A stretch of DNA of 64,000 nt from Candidatus Binatia bacterium (GCA_963664395.2 OY761159.2:3968001-4032000), one strand, 5' to 3'; shown: positions 19,462 to 30,649, counted from the stretch's first letter. Made by a program: numbers and translations. The notes: generated from the sequence alone by a model not told the origin.

Positions 19462-21894
19462 TTAAGGCACGGATTCGGCTGCATGCGCCGTGACAAAGCG
19501 CGGCTTAAAGAGCGCGACCAGAACGGGTAAGAGCGTCATGGTCGCCAGGAAACTTACCCCCATCCAGAGGGCGAGCAGCAGCCCCATCTCTGCGCTGAAG
19601 CGGAGGCTGGACATAGTCCAAAACAGCGTCCCGAGGATCATGGTCAGCGCGGTAAAGGTCACTGCTTTCCCGGACGTTGCGAGCGCCGTCCGTACCGCGT
19701 CATCCAGCCCTGTACCCAGCCGGTGTTCTTCGATAATACGGCTCACAATATACAGGGCATAGTCGATGCCAAATCCGACTCCGACAGTGACCACCGGAAG
19801 CGTATGGATATTAATGCCAATATCACGGGCACCCATATACGCGTTAATAACGGCATTTGCTACGAGCAGAGGGATAATCATATACACCCCGGCCATGACC
19901 GAGCGGTAGGTGATGACCAGGACTAAGAAGATGGTGCCGAAACCAAGAACGTTGACCAGAATATCATTCCGAAACAGCTCTTCGTTGGCAGCGGCTAACA
20001 CGCCAATAGGGCCACCGGCGAGCCGGAACTGCGCAACGTCACTGGGATGGGCAGCGATATACTCGCGGGCCCGCTGAATAACCCGCCGAATGGTCTCCCC
20101 CCGATGGTCGGTCATAAAGAAGCGGATGGGCGCGGAGCGATAGCGGTGATCAATAACCTGCGCGCTTTCCTGGAATGAGGTGCCGAAGAAGTAAGATGCG
20201 AGCAGAAGCTGCACTTCACTCTTGCGTCGGGGGAGAACCTCCCATTTGGGCTCTTGTTCATGAATGGCCCCGTTTACGACAGACAAAATATCCACAAATG
20301 AGAAGCTCAACCCTACCGATGGGTCGCGTTCGAGGTAGCGCTGAAAGTGTTCGATCCAGGGCAGGACCTCAGGGCTTGCCAGCGAAGGCTCTTGGCTTTG
20401 TTGGCGAAATCGGTCCAGCGCACTCATGCCTGTGCCTGCATCTGCGGCCTCTTCTTTTTTCTCAGGCTCCTTGCGTTCGACCACAACCATGAGCTGCTCG
20501 ACCCCGCCGAATGTGTCCTGAATGCGGGCATGGGCGGTATTGTGCGGGGAGTCTCGGTACAGGAGCGGGGTCGCCGCGGTCGGATCACCAATTACCAGGT
20601 TTTGCCAGTAGTAGACGCTTACGACCAAAACCATAGCCCAACCGGCCAAAGTGATGCCTTTGCCTACGGGAGAGACGAGAACCTGGGCGATTGAGGAAAT
20701 GATCCGTTTGAAGGGTCCGGTTTCGCGCCGTTCAACGACTCGGATGTCAGGTGCACGCAGGTAGTGGTACACGATCGGGTTCAGCAAGAGCTCGCTCACG
20801 GTAATGGCGAGAATCCAGACGGCCGCACTAATGGCGAGCTTCTGCAAGAGCACGATGGGCACGAACAAGATCACGAGCAGACCCAGGGCATCAGTCAGGA
20901 TACCTGAGAGCGTTGGAACAAAGAGTTCGGCGAATGAGGCAATAATAGCCGGCTCTTTTTGCCAATTCGCCTTGCGATATTCCTCATAATAGCGTTCATG
21001 CATCTGGACGGAGTGACTGACCGCTCGGGCGGTAATAAAGAACGGAATGACGAGGGTGAGTGGGTCTAGGCTGAAGCCTATCATCTTGATAAAGCCCAAC
21101 CCCCAAATGGCTGAGATAACACCGGTCAGTGTGGGCCGGAGTGCCCCTCGGATATCGTGAAAGTACCAATACAGCAGCAGCCACATCAGCGCGGTCGTAG
21201 CCAAAAAAATGACGTAGACCTGCTTGGCATAGAAATACACCCAGCCGTACAGGGCCGGTTGGCCCGCCATATGAATACGCGTGTTGTCATCTTCATAGGG
21301 TTCAACGACAGAGCGCTGGACTTCTTCAAACAGCCGCCGATAGTTGAGTCGCTGCTCGATAAAGGTGGCATTCAGCAGGGCGGCCTTCTCATCCAGCGAA
21401 ACGAGCACGCCGTATAAATTGCGCGAGGAATGTACGATGCGGCGCACGCGCTCAACTTCTTCCTGGGTCTCAGGTGCCCGTCCCATGACAGGTTCGACTT
21501 CCTGCATACCTCCACTTTTCATGATCACGCGGCGGTTGGTCCGGTGGGCAATGGAGTTGACCAATTCATTATTCACGCCATACACCCGCTCCAATGCCTG
21601 GGTCATGTTGAAAATCTTGGTCAACGTGTCTTGATTGAAGATGGTGCCTTCTTGGACCTCCAGCATCAGCATGATGGTGTTGGCCCCGCCAAAGGTAGGT
21701 GCGTACGCTTTATGGACCTGAATGAAAGGGTGGTTCTCGGGCAGTTGTTCGTCGAAGCGGGTGACTAAGTCAAGCCGAACGGCAAATGAGGCAAAAACCA
21801 GGGTAGCGACAACAACGAGCAGCAAAACAAGCTTACGCCGTGCAATAATCTGCCCCCCCAGCGTATACAAATAACCGCGCTCTTCAGTGCTCAT
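19462..21894 (-). CDS. RND superfamily / MMPL family transporter (paralog 2)
   Basis: Collinear with 9212..11602 incl. identical ARAVSHSVQMHERYYEEYRK, IGDPTAATPLL and GVGFGIDYALYIVSR blocks. Confidence 0.92.
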   Translation of the reverse strand: MSTEERGYLYTLGGQIIARRKLVLLLVVVATLVFASFAVRLDLVTRFDEQLPENHPFIQVHKAYAPTFGGANTIMLMLEVQEGTIFNQDTLTKIFNMTQALERVYGVNNELVNSIAHRTNRRVIMKSGGMQEVEPVMGRAPETQEEVERVRRIVHSSRNLYGVLVSLDEKAALLNATFIEQRLNYRRLFEEVQRSVVEPYEDDNTRIHMAGQPALYGWVYFYAKQVYVIFLATTALMWLLLYWYFHDIRGALRPTLTGVISAIWGLGFIKMIGFSLDPLTLVIPFFITARAVSHSVQMHERYYEEYRKANWQKEPAIIASFAELFVPTLSGILTDALGLLVILFVPIVLLQKLAISAAVWILAITVSELLLNPIVYHYLRAPDIRVVERRETGPFKRIISSIAQVLVSPVGKGITLAGWAMVLVVSVYYWQNLVIGDPTAATPLLYRDSPHNTAHARIQDTFGGVEQLMVVVERKEPEKKEEAADAGTGMSALDRFRQQSQEPSLASPEVLPWIEHFQRYLERDPSVGLSFSFVDILSVVNGAIHEQEPKWEVLPRRKSEVQLLLASYFFGTSFQESAQVIDHRYRSAPIRFFMTDHRGETIRRVIQRAREYIAAHPSDVAQFRLAGGPIGVLAAANEELFRNDILVNVLGFGTIFLVLVITYRSVMAGVYMIIPLLVANAVINAYMGARDIGINIHTLPVVTVGVGFGIDYALYIVSRIIEEHRLGTGLDDAVRTALATSGKAVTFTALTMILGTLFWTMSSLRFSAEMGLLLALWMGVSFLATMTLLPVLVALFKPRFVTAHAAESVP

Positions 21895-21989
21895 GCCGCC
21901 CCCTTTTTGCGTTGCACTGTGGTCCTGCCGGATGCCGGCTAATAGATAGTGTCTCCCCAGACGGTCAAAACGTCAGCGCTCCTTTGGGC

Positions 21990-22658
21990 TTACTGTTTCC
22001 CCTGTTTACGCTCAAGTAATCCGCCAATAATCGCTTCGATGTTCTCAGGAGAGAGGTCGCTCACCCGTATCCACCCGTCTACGATCATGGTCGGGACGCC
22101 CTCAATATGATAGCTGTCCCCCAGGGCAATGGTTGCTTCAAGCTCAGCCTTCCCCCCGTCTGCATCGAGCTGGCTCAGGAGCAGTTCGGGATCGAGGCCA
22201 ATGCGGTGGGCGACATGGGCGATGCCGTCTCGACTGCCAGTATTAATATTTTCCTCAAAACGCGCCTGAAACAGCGCGCGCTGCATCTCTTCACTCAACC
22301 CCAATTCGTGAGAGATCGCATATGCCCGGGCTGGAATTTGAGAAGACGCGTGGACAACCGGGACCGCGCGAAAGCGGATGTCCAGCTTGTTTGGATATTT
22401 TTGCTTGAGTGTGGGGATGAGTGTGGAGAAGACAGCGTAGCAATGTGAACACAGAAAATCCTCAAAGACGGTCAGTACGATCTTTTCTGATACCGTTCCC
22501 TCCGGAGCCCGCCGTACGAAAGAAAAGGCGCCTGATAAAGAGAGATACCGATCCATCAGGTCAGGTGTGGGCCGGCCCTGTGGCGGGAACGCGATACCGA
22601 CGAGGAGGAAGCTCAGAAGAAAAGAGAGGGTTCTGAAGACCATACGTGGCTGGATCAT
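21990..22658 (-). CDS. Exported DsbA-family thiol-disulfide oxidoreductase
   Basis: Hydrophobic N-terminus, FEDFLCSHC (CxxC) and GVPT cis-Pro motifs; start taken at MIQPR. Confidence 0.85.
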   Translation of the reverse strand: MIQPRMVFRTLSFLLSFLLVGIAFPPQGRPTPDLMDRYLSLSGAFSFVRRAPEGTVSEKIVLTVFEDFLCSHCYAVFSTLIPTLKQKYPNKLDIRFRAVPVVHASSQIPARAYAISHELGLSEEMQRALFQARFEENINTGSRDGIAHVAHRIGLDPELLLSQLDADGGKAELEATIALGDSYHIEGVPTMIVDGWIRVSDLSPENIEAIIGGLLERKQGKQ

Positions 22659-22763
22659 AGGAAGCAAATGGACACTTTGCAAGTGCGCAAAATGTAAGCG
22701 GGCCGCGTGCAATAAGCGTCTGTGTATGTGTAAGGGGGGCGATTCGAGAATCGCCCCGTAGCC

Positions 22764-25475
22764 TTATGCAACCAACTGCCGCAACACGTACGGCAAAATG
22801 CCACCATGCCGGTAGTATTCGACCTCAATGGGAGTATCAATGCGAACGGTGACCTGCACGTCTTCTGACTGTCCAGTGGCACGGTGGACGACTAAGGTCA
22901 CGTCCTGGCGAGGTTTGAGGTCAGCGTTGAGTCCCTGGAGATCAAAGGTCTCAGTGCCGTCAAGACCCAGCGACTGAACGCTCGTGCCCTCTTTGAACTG
23001 ACAGGGCACCACACCCATAAATACCAAGTTGCTGCGGTGAATACGCTCAAAGCTTTGGGCTACGACTGCTTTCACCCCAAGCAGTCGCGTCCCTTTGGCG
23101 GCCCAGTCACGGGAACTTCCAGTGCCGTACTCCTGCCCGGCTACCACTACTAATGGGGTGCCCTCGGCCTGATACCTCATGGCGGCATCGTAGATAGCCA
23201 TTTGTTTGCCACCATTCCCGTTGGCCGCATGATACTGCGTCACGCCGCCCTCAACTCCAGGCACCATCAAGTTCTTGATCCGCACGTTGGCAAACGTGCC
23301 ACGGGTCATGATGCGATCGTTGCCGCGCCGTGAGCCATAACTGTTGAAGTCTTTCACCTCAACACCCTGCTCTTGGAGATATCGTCCGGCTGGCGCATCC
23401 GGCTTAATCGCTCCCGCGGGACTGATGTGGTCGGTGGTGACGGAATCGCCAAGCACAGCAAGCGGACGTGCGCCGATAATGTCCTGGATCGTCCCTGCCT
23501 GGAGGCCAAAGGAATCAAAGAAGGGCGGTTCCTGAATATAGGTCGATTCTGCGTTCCACTCGTATATTGCACCGGTTGAACTTGGAATGTCATTCCAGAG
23601 CGGATTTTGCTCTTCAAAGTCGGTGTACAACCTGCGGTACGTATCCGGGTCCATGGCGGACGCCATGAGGTCTTGAATTTCATGCCCGCTCGGCCACAGG
23701 TCGCGTAAATAGACGTCAGCCCCGTCTCTGTCTTGGCCCAGAGGCTGGCTGGCCAGATCAATATCAACTCGACCCGCCAGGGCAAACATCACAACGAGCG
23801 GTGGGCTCATCAGAAAATTGGCCCGAATGTTCTGATGGACTCGCGCCTCGAAGTTGCGATTACCGCTCAATACACTGGCGACCACAAGATTATGCTGTAG
23901 CACTGTCTGTTCTATAGCCGGGTTGAGGGGCCCGGAGTTCCCGATACAGGTTGTACAACCATAGCCGACCGTCTGAAAACCGACCTGGTTGAGATACTGT
24001 TGCAAGCCGGTTTTCTCCAGATAGTCGGTCACGACACGCGAGCCGGGCCCAAGAGAAGTCTTGACCGTTGGTTTAACCGTCATACCGCGCTCGACGGCCT
24101 TCTTGGCCACTAACCCCGCTGCCAACATCACACTGGGGTTTGAGGTGTTGGTACAAGAAGTAATGGCGGCAATGAGCACATCGCCATGTCCAATATCGCC
24201 GAAATGTGAGGCAGCGCCATTTGGCACGGCATGGCGCTGGTCGAGCGTGGACTGGTCGGCATTAAAACCACCGTCGTTGAGCGGCGTTGTTAAGAGCTTC
24301 TGAAATGTCTCCTTAATATCCGGGAGATTGATCCGGTCCTGTGGGCGGCGTGGACCGGCCAGACCGGGCTGAATGTCGGCCAAGTCGAGTGCGAGCACCT
24401 GGCTGTAGTCTACCTCGCCCTGGCGCGGGATGCCAAACATCTGCTGGGCCTGGAAATAGCTCCGGAACGCATCAACCTGCTCCTCAGTTCGACCGGTCGC
24501 GGTCAGGTATGTACACGTTTCCTCATCAATGGGAAAAAAGCCCATAGTCGCGCCATACTCCGGCGCCATATTGGCAATCGTGGCTCTATCCGTAAGGGGC
24601 AGGGAAGTCACGCCTTCACCAAAATATTCTACGAATTTTCCTACCACCTTGGCCGCGCGCAGCATCTCGGTACAGTGCAGCACGAGGTCAGTCGCGGTGA
24701 CGCCCTCACGCAGGCTACCGGTCATATGCACGCCAACGACGTCTGGAGTGAGAAAGTAAACCGGCTGACCTAACATGCCGGCCTCTGCCTCAATCCCTCC
24801 AACACCCCAGGCAACAACCCCAAGGCCATTAATCATGGTGGTATGCGAGTCTGTTCCTACGAGGGTATCCGGATAGTAGACGCCCTCTCCATTGAGGACG
24901 CCTTTGGCCAGGTATTCCAGATTGACCTGGTGGACGATGCCGATACCCGGCGGCACGACCTGAAAACTGTCGAACGCCTGCATGCCCCATTTCAGGAATT
25001 CATACCGGGGCTGGTTGCGCTCGAATTCGATCTCCATATTTAGTTGTAAAGCATTCCCCACCCCCGAGTAATCGACCTGAATGGAGTGATCGACCACCAG
25101 GTCAACGGGCACGAGAGGCTCGATCAGTTTGGGATCTTTGCCCAGATTGGCCACGGCTGAGCGCATGGCGGCCAAGTCGACGAGCAGGGGAACGCCGGTA
25201 AAGTCCTGCAAGATAATCCGTGCCACCACAAAGGGAATTTCCGCCGTGCGTGTCTCTGTCGGCCCCCAGGTAGCGAGTGTACGGACGTCATCTTCGGTAA
25301 TCTTTTGGCCATCATAGTTGCGCAAGACAGACTCAAGCACGATTCGGATACTGACCGGAAGCCGAGAAATCGGCCCGACGCCGGCCTGCTCGAGTTGGGG
25401 CAGGGCGTAAAACTGGCCGGTTTTTCCCGCCGCGGTTGTAAAGGTTTGCAAAGAATTAAAAAGGTTGTGCGCCAT
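22764..25475 (-). CDS. acnA: Aconitate hydratase A
   Basis: [56 protein letters not shown]. Confidence 0.98.
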   Translation of the reverse strand: MAHNLFNSLQTFTTAAGKTGQFYALPQLEQAGVGPISRLPVSIRIVLESVLRNYDGQKITEDDVRTLATWGPTETRTAEIPFVVARIILQDFTGVPLLVDLAAMRSAVANLGKDPKLIEPLVPVDLVVDHSIQVDYSGVGNALQLNMEIEFERNQPRYEFLKWGMQAFDSFQVVPPGIGIVHQVNLEYLAKGVLNGEGVYYPDTLVGTDSHTTMINGLGVVAWGVGGIEAEAGMLGQPVYFLTPDVVGVHMTGSLREGVTATDLVLHCTEMLRAAKVVGKFVEYFGEGVTSLPLTDRATIANMAPEYGATMGFFPIDEETCTYLTATGRTEEQVDAFRSYFQAQQMFGIPRQGEVDYSQVLALDLADIQPGLAGPRRPQDRINLPDIKETFQKLLTTPLNDGGFNADQSTLDQRHAVPNGAASHFGDIGHGDVLIAAITSCTNTSNPSVMLAAGLVAKKAVERGMTVKPTVKTSLGPGSRVVTDYLEKTGLQQYLNQVGFQTVGYGCTTCIGNSGPLNPAIEQTVLQHNLVVASVLSGNRNFEARVHQNIRANFLMSPPLVVMFALAGRVDIDLASQPLGQDRDGADVYLRDLWPSGHEIQDLMASAMDPDTYRRLYTDFEEQNPLWNDIPSSTGAIYEWNAESTYIQEPPFFDSFGLQAGTIQDIIGARPLAVLGDSVTTDHISPAGAIKPDAPAGRYLQEQGVEVKDFNSYGSRRGNDRIMTRGTFANVRIKNLMVPGVEGGVTQYHAANGNGGKQMAIYDAAMRYQAEGTPLVVVAGQEYGTGSSRDWAAKGTRLLGVKAVVAQSFERIHRSNLVFMGVVPCQFKEGTSVQSLGLDGTETFDLQGLNADLKPRQDVTLVVHRATGQSEDVQVTVRIDTPIEVEYYRHGGILPYVLRQLVA

Positions 25476-25667
25476 ATACAAATCCCTCCACGTCTTTGTC
25501 GCTTAGTGCAAAATGATAACGCTGTGCTTGGCTAAGCGGATATATTCTCTCGTCAATCAAGGCAAGGGAGCGGCGCCGGACAGGAAGGCTCAACCGGGGT
25601 GTTTTTTCGGCATCTTGTGCTGTGGCCAGCTCAGCGCGTATATATCTGGTGTGGGAGAGGAAAGCCA

Positions 25668-27575
25668 ATGCAATGGATTCGGAACAAGAGACTGAGTAGG
25701 CTCGTAGGCAGGGTAGGGACTACAACCTGTATCCTGCTCGTCCTTATTACGCCCACCCTTTTTGCCGAAGAGGTTCGTCCACCGAAGAATCTCCGGGCTG
25801 GACCACCGGCATGGACGGGCGACCTCACGCCCATCACTGCCCAGGAATGGAGCCGGGACCGGGCCGCCCATCTTTTGGAGCGGGCCGGCTTTGGCGGACC
25901 ACCCCAAGAAGTTGACCAAGTGGCGGCGCTGACGCCAGCCGCCGCCGTCCGCCACCTCGTTTCCTATCAAGACATAGACAATAGCCATCTAGCGGCGTTT
26001 GACGAGTCGGGCGTGTTCGATCCGACGCTTGATCCTTTTCCTAAAAGCCGCGCGGATGCGGTGCGTATTGCCCGCGCCAACGGCGAGTCCATGGGAGTGA
26101 AGGTTAAACTCGGTGGCAGTCGCCCGCTCCAGCCCGTTGTCGATCGTTTTTTCTATTGGCTGCGGGCCGACGCGCTGGAAATGCGGCGGGCCGGACAGTG
26201 GTGGGCCCACCGCATGCTGGTGACGAAGCGCCCGCTCCAGGAAAAGCTCGCCCTGTTCTGGCACGGCCATTTTGCGACATCAGACACCAAGGTCCGGGAC
26301 TATCGCAAGCTACTCAAACAACTCGAATTATTCTGGCAACACGGCAATGGGAATTTTCGTGATCTCCTCATCGGGGTAGCCCAGGACCCGGCCATGCTCG
26401 TTTATTTAGACGCCGGTGAGAATATCAAGGGCCATCCCAACGAGAACTTCGGTAGAGAAATCCTCGAACTCTTTACCCTGGGTGTTGGTCATTACACTGA
26501 GACGGACATTCGTGCAGCCTCGCGGGCGTTTACCGGCTGGACCCATATTGGTTTGGACTTTGTCGTCAAACCTGAGCTGCACGACGAAGGGGAGAAGACT
26601 TTTCTTGGACGCACCGGGAAGTATGACGGCGTCAATATTATTGATGTTATCCTGGAACAGGATGTATCTGCCCAGTTTATTGCGGCAAAGTTATATCGCT
26701 ATTTTGTTCGGCAAAATCCCTCGCCCGAGCTTGTGGCTCAACTTGGAGCGGTCTTTCGAGAGAACCAATACGAAATCGCGCCACTGTTGACGACGATTTT
26801 TCTGTCGCGGGACTTCTACAGTCCGCCAGCCTACGGCACTCAGATCAAAAGCCCGGTGCATCTGGTGGTTTCGACCTATCGCAAGCTCGGGCTGACCGAC
26901 ATTCCAGGGGTGCCTGATTTCAACACTACGACCCGCGACCTTGGCCAAGAACTATTTCATCCGCCTAATGTTGCTGGCTGGGAAGGGGGACGGAGTTGGG
27001 TTACTCCTGCTTTGCTGCTTGAACGCGGGAACTTCGCCCGCGCGGTCTTCTTTCCCGATATGGCCAATTTTCAGCCGCCGGACCGGTGGATGCCGGTGAC
27101 GAATCAAAAGGTGGCGGCCAAGATTGATCAAGGCTATGAAATTACGGCGGCAACTATTGAGGCCTCTGATAATGCCATGTCCAGCAACGCCATGGACCAG
27201 TCAGGTTCCGAGTCCATGTCAATGTTTAATATGATGGCGGGGGCGGACGAAGACTATAACACCCGGTACGGCAGTACCCACGGCTGGCAGGAAGCTTTTC
27301 GTCGGGTGAAACCCATCCCCCGCTACGCCGCACAGCTCACCCTGACCAGTGTCGTCACCCAAGCCGGGCTCACAACAACGTCTGAGGTCGTTGATTATTT
27401 TCTTGGCCGTCTGCTGCGAGCTCCCCTTGCGGAAGAGGACCGTCAAGCGCTTATTGATTTTCTCACCCAAGAGTTAGGAACGGATAAGATCAAACTGACG
27501 CTGACCTATTTGGAAGAGCCCGTCCGGCATCTGGTCCATCTTATTATGAGTGCGCCGGAATATCAGTTGGGCTAA
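25668..27575 (+). CDS. DUF1800 family protein (exported)
   Basis: AAHLLERAGFG, LQEKLALFWHGHFAT, PAMLVYLD, PNENFGREILELFTLG, PPNVAGW, PEYQL. Confidence 0.92.
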   Translation: MQWIRNKRLSRLVGRVGTTTCILLVLITPTLFAEEVRPPKNLRAGPPAWTGDLTPITAQEWSRDRAAHLLERAGFGGPPQEVDQVAALTPAAAVRHLVSYQDIDNSHLAAFDESGVFDPTLDPFPKSRADAVRIARANGESMGVKVKLGGSRPLQPVVDRFFYWLRADALEMRRAGQWWAHRMLVTKRPLQEKLALFWHGHFATSDTKVRDYRKLLKQLELFWQHGNGNFRDLLIGVAQDPAMLVYLDAGENIKGHPNENFGREILELFTLGVGHYTETDIRAASRAFTGWTHIGLDFVVKPELHDEGEKTFLGRTGKYDGVNIIDVILEQDVSAQFIAAKLYRYFVRQNPSPELVAQLGAVFRENQYEIAPLLTTIFLSRDFYSPPAYGTQIKSPVHLVVSTYRKLGLTDIPGVPDFNTTTRDLGQELFHPPNVAGWEGGRSWVTPALLLERGNFARAVFFPDMANFQPPDRWMPVTNQKVAAKIDQGYEITAATIEASDNAMSSNAMDQSGSESMSMFNMMAGADEDYNTRYGSTHGWQEAFRRVKPIPRYAAQLTLTSVVTQAGLTTTSEVVDYFLGRLLRAPLAEEDRQALIDFLTQELGTDKIKLTLTYLEEPVRHLVHLIMSAPEYQLG

Positions 27576-27588
27576 TAAGGAAGGGCGT

Positions 27589-28881
27589 ATGGCCAACAAA
27601 AAGTCATGGATAAAGACATCTTTACTGAATCGGCCACTATCGCGGCGTGATGCGCTCCGAGCGGGCGTGTACGGCCTCGGCGTTGGGGCGGGCCTTCTCA
27701 GTACTCCTTTGGTGCCCTTTGGACTGTCCTCAGCACTGGCAAAGCAAACGGATGCTGCGATGTCACCCCATGTGCATCCAGAGCGTATTCTTGTCGTGGT
27801 AGAACTCTCAGGTGGTAATGATGGTGTGAATACGATCATTCCCTATGGCGATGATGCCTATTACCAACAGCGCCCGACCATTGGTATTCCGGAGCACGAC
27901 GTACGTAAGATCGACGCTCACTTTGGCTTTCATCCGGCCATGGCCGGCTTTGAGCATTTGTATAAAGACGGCAAGTTGGCTGTCGTACACGCCTGCGGGT
28001 ATGAAAACCCGACCCTGTCGCACTTTGCTTCCATGGGCTTTTGGCATACGGGCAGTCCTCATGCGGGAGAAAAGCTCGGCTGGTTAGGCCGCTTGGCCGA
28101 TACGCTCGACCCCGAAGTACAGCGCAACTATTTGGTCAATGTTGCCAGCGCACAATCACTCGCTGTTCGGAGTCGTACTCACTCGCCCTTGGTCTTCTAT
28201 GATCCCGAAGGGTTTAAACGGAATGGCGTTCACCAGCAACAACCGCTCTTCCCCCGTCTGAGTGACAGGCGGGAAACACACAATGATTCCTTGAACTTCC
28301 TGACCGGCTTGGCTGAAAACGCAACAGAAAGCGCGGCCTTTGTCCGTCAGGCGTGGGCGGACTATCAGACCCCGATCGACTATGGCGTGCGGGCTGCGGG
28401 TCTCGGGCTTGATTTGCGCAAAGTCGCGGCGCTGATCAAAGCCAAGATGCCAACCCGACTGTACTATGTCAGTTATGCGGGTAATGTCTTCGATACGCAT
28501 GTGCATCAAAACGATCTCCACTTCCGCCTCCTGACCTACACCACCGACGCGTTGCGTGGATTTATGGAAGACCTCAACCACATCGGTCGTGCCGGTGACG
28601 TCGCTATCATGGTCTTTACTGAATTTGGCCGGCGTGTACCCGAGAACGCCAGTAAAGGCACCGACCACGGCACGGCAACTCCAGTGTACGTCATCGGTGA
28701 AAAAGTCAAAGGTGGCTTATACAGCACCCCACCAAGTCTGACTGATCTGGACGATGGAAACCTGCGCTATACGACCGACTTCCGTCGGGTCTACGCCACG
28801 CTGATTAAGGAATGGCTGGGCTACGATGACACGCAGTCGTTGCTGCGAGAAGAGTTCGAGACTTTGGGAATGTTTGTGTGA
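27589..28881 (+). CDS. DUF1501 family protein with Tat signal
   Basis: SRRDAL twin-arginine; LSGGNDGVNT, SHF, FDTH, TEFGRR, GTDHG, DFRRVYAT. Confidence 0.92.
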   Translation: MANKKSWIKTSLLNRPLSRRDALRAGVYGLGVGAGLLSTPLVPFGLSSALAKQTDAAMSPHVHPERILVVVELSGGNDGVNTIIPYGDDAYYQQRPTIGIPEHDVRKIDAHFGFHPAMAGFEHLYKDGKLAVVHACGYENPTLSHFASMGFWHTGSPHAGEKLGWLGRLADTLDPEVQRNYLVNVASAQSLAVRSRTHSPLVFYDPEGFKRNGVHQQQPLFPRLSDRRETHNDSLNFLTGLAENATESAAFVRQAWADYQTPIDYGVRAAGLGLDLRKVAALIKAKMPTRLYYVSYAGNVFDTHVHQNDLHFRLLTYTTDALRGFMEDLNHIGRAGDVAIMVFTEFGRRVPENASKGTDHGTATPVYVIGEKVKGGLYSTPPSLTDLDDGNLRYTTDFRRVYATLIKEWLGYDDTQSLLREEFETLGMFV

Positions 28882-28887
28882 GGAAAG

Positions 28888-28962
<75 letters not shown>

Positions 28963-28984
28963 ACAGTGGATTGTGAAAGAAGAA

Positions 28985-29057
28985 TGAGCCGACCGGGGCT
29001 CGAACCCGGGACCCTCTGCTTAAAAGGCAGATGCTCTACCAACTGAGCTATCGGCTC
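28985..29057 (-). tRNA. tRNA-Lys (TTT)
   Basis: GAGCCGA/TCGGCTC acceptor, TCTGC-CT-TTT-AA-GCAGA, GGTTCGAGCCC. Confidence 0.96.
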
Positions 29058-29165
29058 AGCCCGACGCACCTTAGCTGATGCAGTACAAGAACTCAAACCC
29101 CCTGCGTCGTTTGGGAAATTCGTACGGATAACAGGAGTCGAGCGCCTGCTCTGCCCCACACGGCG

Positions 29166-29193
29166 TTGACTTGTAGGCTGCCCGTGGTAGCGT
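29166..29193 (+). promoter_or_regulatory. sigma70-type promoter of gltX (extended -10)
   Basis: TTGACT-16 nt-TAGCGT with TGn; ATG begins 6 nt later and no SD is visible. Confidence 0.6.
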
Positions 29194-29199
29194 TCGGGC

Positions 29200-30615
29200 A
29201 TGCCGTCTGTTCGTTCACGTTTTGCCCCGAGTCCGACCGGCGCCTTGCATATCGGCGGTGCCCGGACCGCCTTGTTTGCCCTCCTGGCTGCGCGCCAACA
29301 GGCCGGAACCTTTGTGTTGCGTATTGATGACACGGATGTGCAGCGATCGACCCAAGAATTCCACGACGATATTCTGGATTCGATGCAGTGGATTGGTCTG
29401 GCTTGGGATGAGGGGCCGTATTACCAAAGCCAACGCTCTGTGCAGTACCGGGAAATGGGAGAGCGGTTCCTCAGCCAAGGGAAGGCCTACCGCTGCTTTT
29501 GTACTCCTGAGGAGCTGGATGCAAAACGGAAAGCCGCACTCGCCGAAGGGCGAAGCCCGGCCTACGACGGGACCTGTCGGGACTCTCGGCCCGAGCCGGG
29601 CGAGTCTCGTCCCTACACCGTGCGTTTCCGAAGTCCCAAAGAAGGCGAAACGGTTGTTGACGATCTACTGAAGGGACGGGTGGTCTTTCAGAATCAGGAG
29701 CTGGATGATCTGATTCTTGTGCGTTCCGACGGCTCCCCAACGTATAATTTCTGCTCGGTTTTCGATGATGCCGATCTTCATATCTCCCATATTATTCGAG
29801 GCGATGATCATCTGACGAATACGCCGCGTCAGGTCCTGATCTTTCAGGCGATGGACGCTCCGCTCCCACATTTCGCTCACCTGCCGCTAATTTTAGGCAG
29901 CGATCGGGCACCGCTCAGTAAGCGTCATGGAGCGACCGCCGTACGCGCGTATCGAGAAGCGGGTTATTTACCGGATGCGCTGATTAATTTTCTTGCACGT
30001 CTAGGATGGGCGCATGGAGATGACGAAGTCTTTTCGTGGCAAGAGCTTGAGGAAAAATTCAAGCTCGAAGATGTAGGTACATCGGCCGGTGTCTTTAACG
30101 CGGAAAAGCTAGCATGGCTGAATGCGCACTACCTCAACGCGCGGGCTGCCGAGCAACTGACGCAAGAAGTGAAGCCCTTTCTCCCGGAGACGGAACGGCC
30201 GCTGCCTGATGACGACTGGCTGGCCCGTATGGTGACCACGCTTCAACCACGGGCGAAAACGCTGGTAGAGTTGGGCGCGCAGTCCCATTTCTACCTGACT
30301 GACAACATTACATTGGAAGAGAAGGCGGCGAAGAAGTTTCTGAAAGCTACCACTCTTCCGCTGCTGGCGCGTTTGTGTACCCAACTGCATGACGTGACAG
30401 TATGGGATGAACCGACACTCCATGGGGTATTCACCGCATTCATGGAAACCGAGCAGGTCAAATTAGGTAAAATTGCCCAACCGGTCCGGGTCGCGCTCAC
30501 CGGCAAGACGGCGAGCCCTGGGATTTTTGAAGTCATGGAGGTGTTGGGAAAGGAACGCTGTCTTGCCCGGATTGACCGCGTCTTAGCGGAGCAGCCGGTC
30601 GCAGCTGAATCTTGA
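29200..30615 (+). CDS. gltX: Glutamate--tRNA ligase
   Basis: RFAPSPTG, HIGG (HIGH), CFC Zn region, IIRGDDH, PLSKR (KMSKS), full anticodon domain. Confidence 0.97.
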   Translation: MPSVRSRFAPSPTGALHIGGARTALFALLAARQQAGTFVLRIDDTDVQRSTQEFHDDILDSMQWIGLAWDEGPYYQSQRSVQYREMGERFLSQGKAYRCFCTPEELDAKRKAALAEGRSPAYDGTCRDSRPEPGESRPYTVRFRSPKEGETVVDDLLKGRVVFQNQELDDLILVRSDGSPTYNFCSVFDDADLHISHIIRGDDHLTNTPRQVLIFQAMDAPLPHFAHLPLILGSDRAPLSKRHGATAVRAYREAGYLPDALINFLARLGWAHGDDEVFSWQELEEKFKLEDVGTSAGVFNAEKLAWLNAHYLNARAAEQLTQEVKPFLPETERPLPDDDWLARMVTTLQPRAKTLVELGAQSHFYLTDNITLEEKAAKKFLKATTLPLLARLCTQLHDVTVWDEPTLHGVFTAFMETEQVKLGKIAQPVRVALTGKTASPGIFEVMEVLGKERCLARIDRVLAEQPVAAES

Positions 30616-30640
30616 CTTCCTCTGGTTGCTTATCTATTTT
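30612..30640 (+). promoter_or_regulatory. sigma70-type promoter for tRNA-Gln/tRNA-Glu
   Basis: TTGACT-17 nt-TATTTT, 9 nt upstream of tRNA-Gln. Confidence 0.6.
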
Positions 30641-30649
30641 GAACAACAC

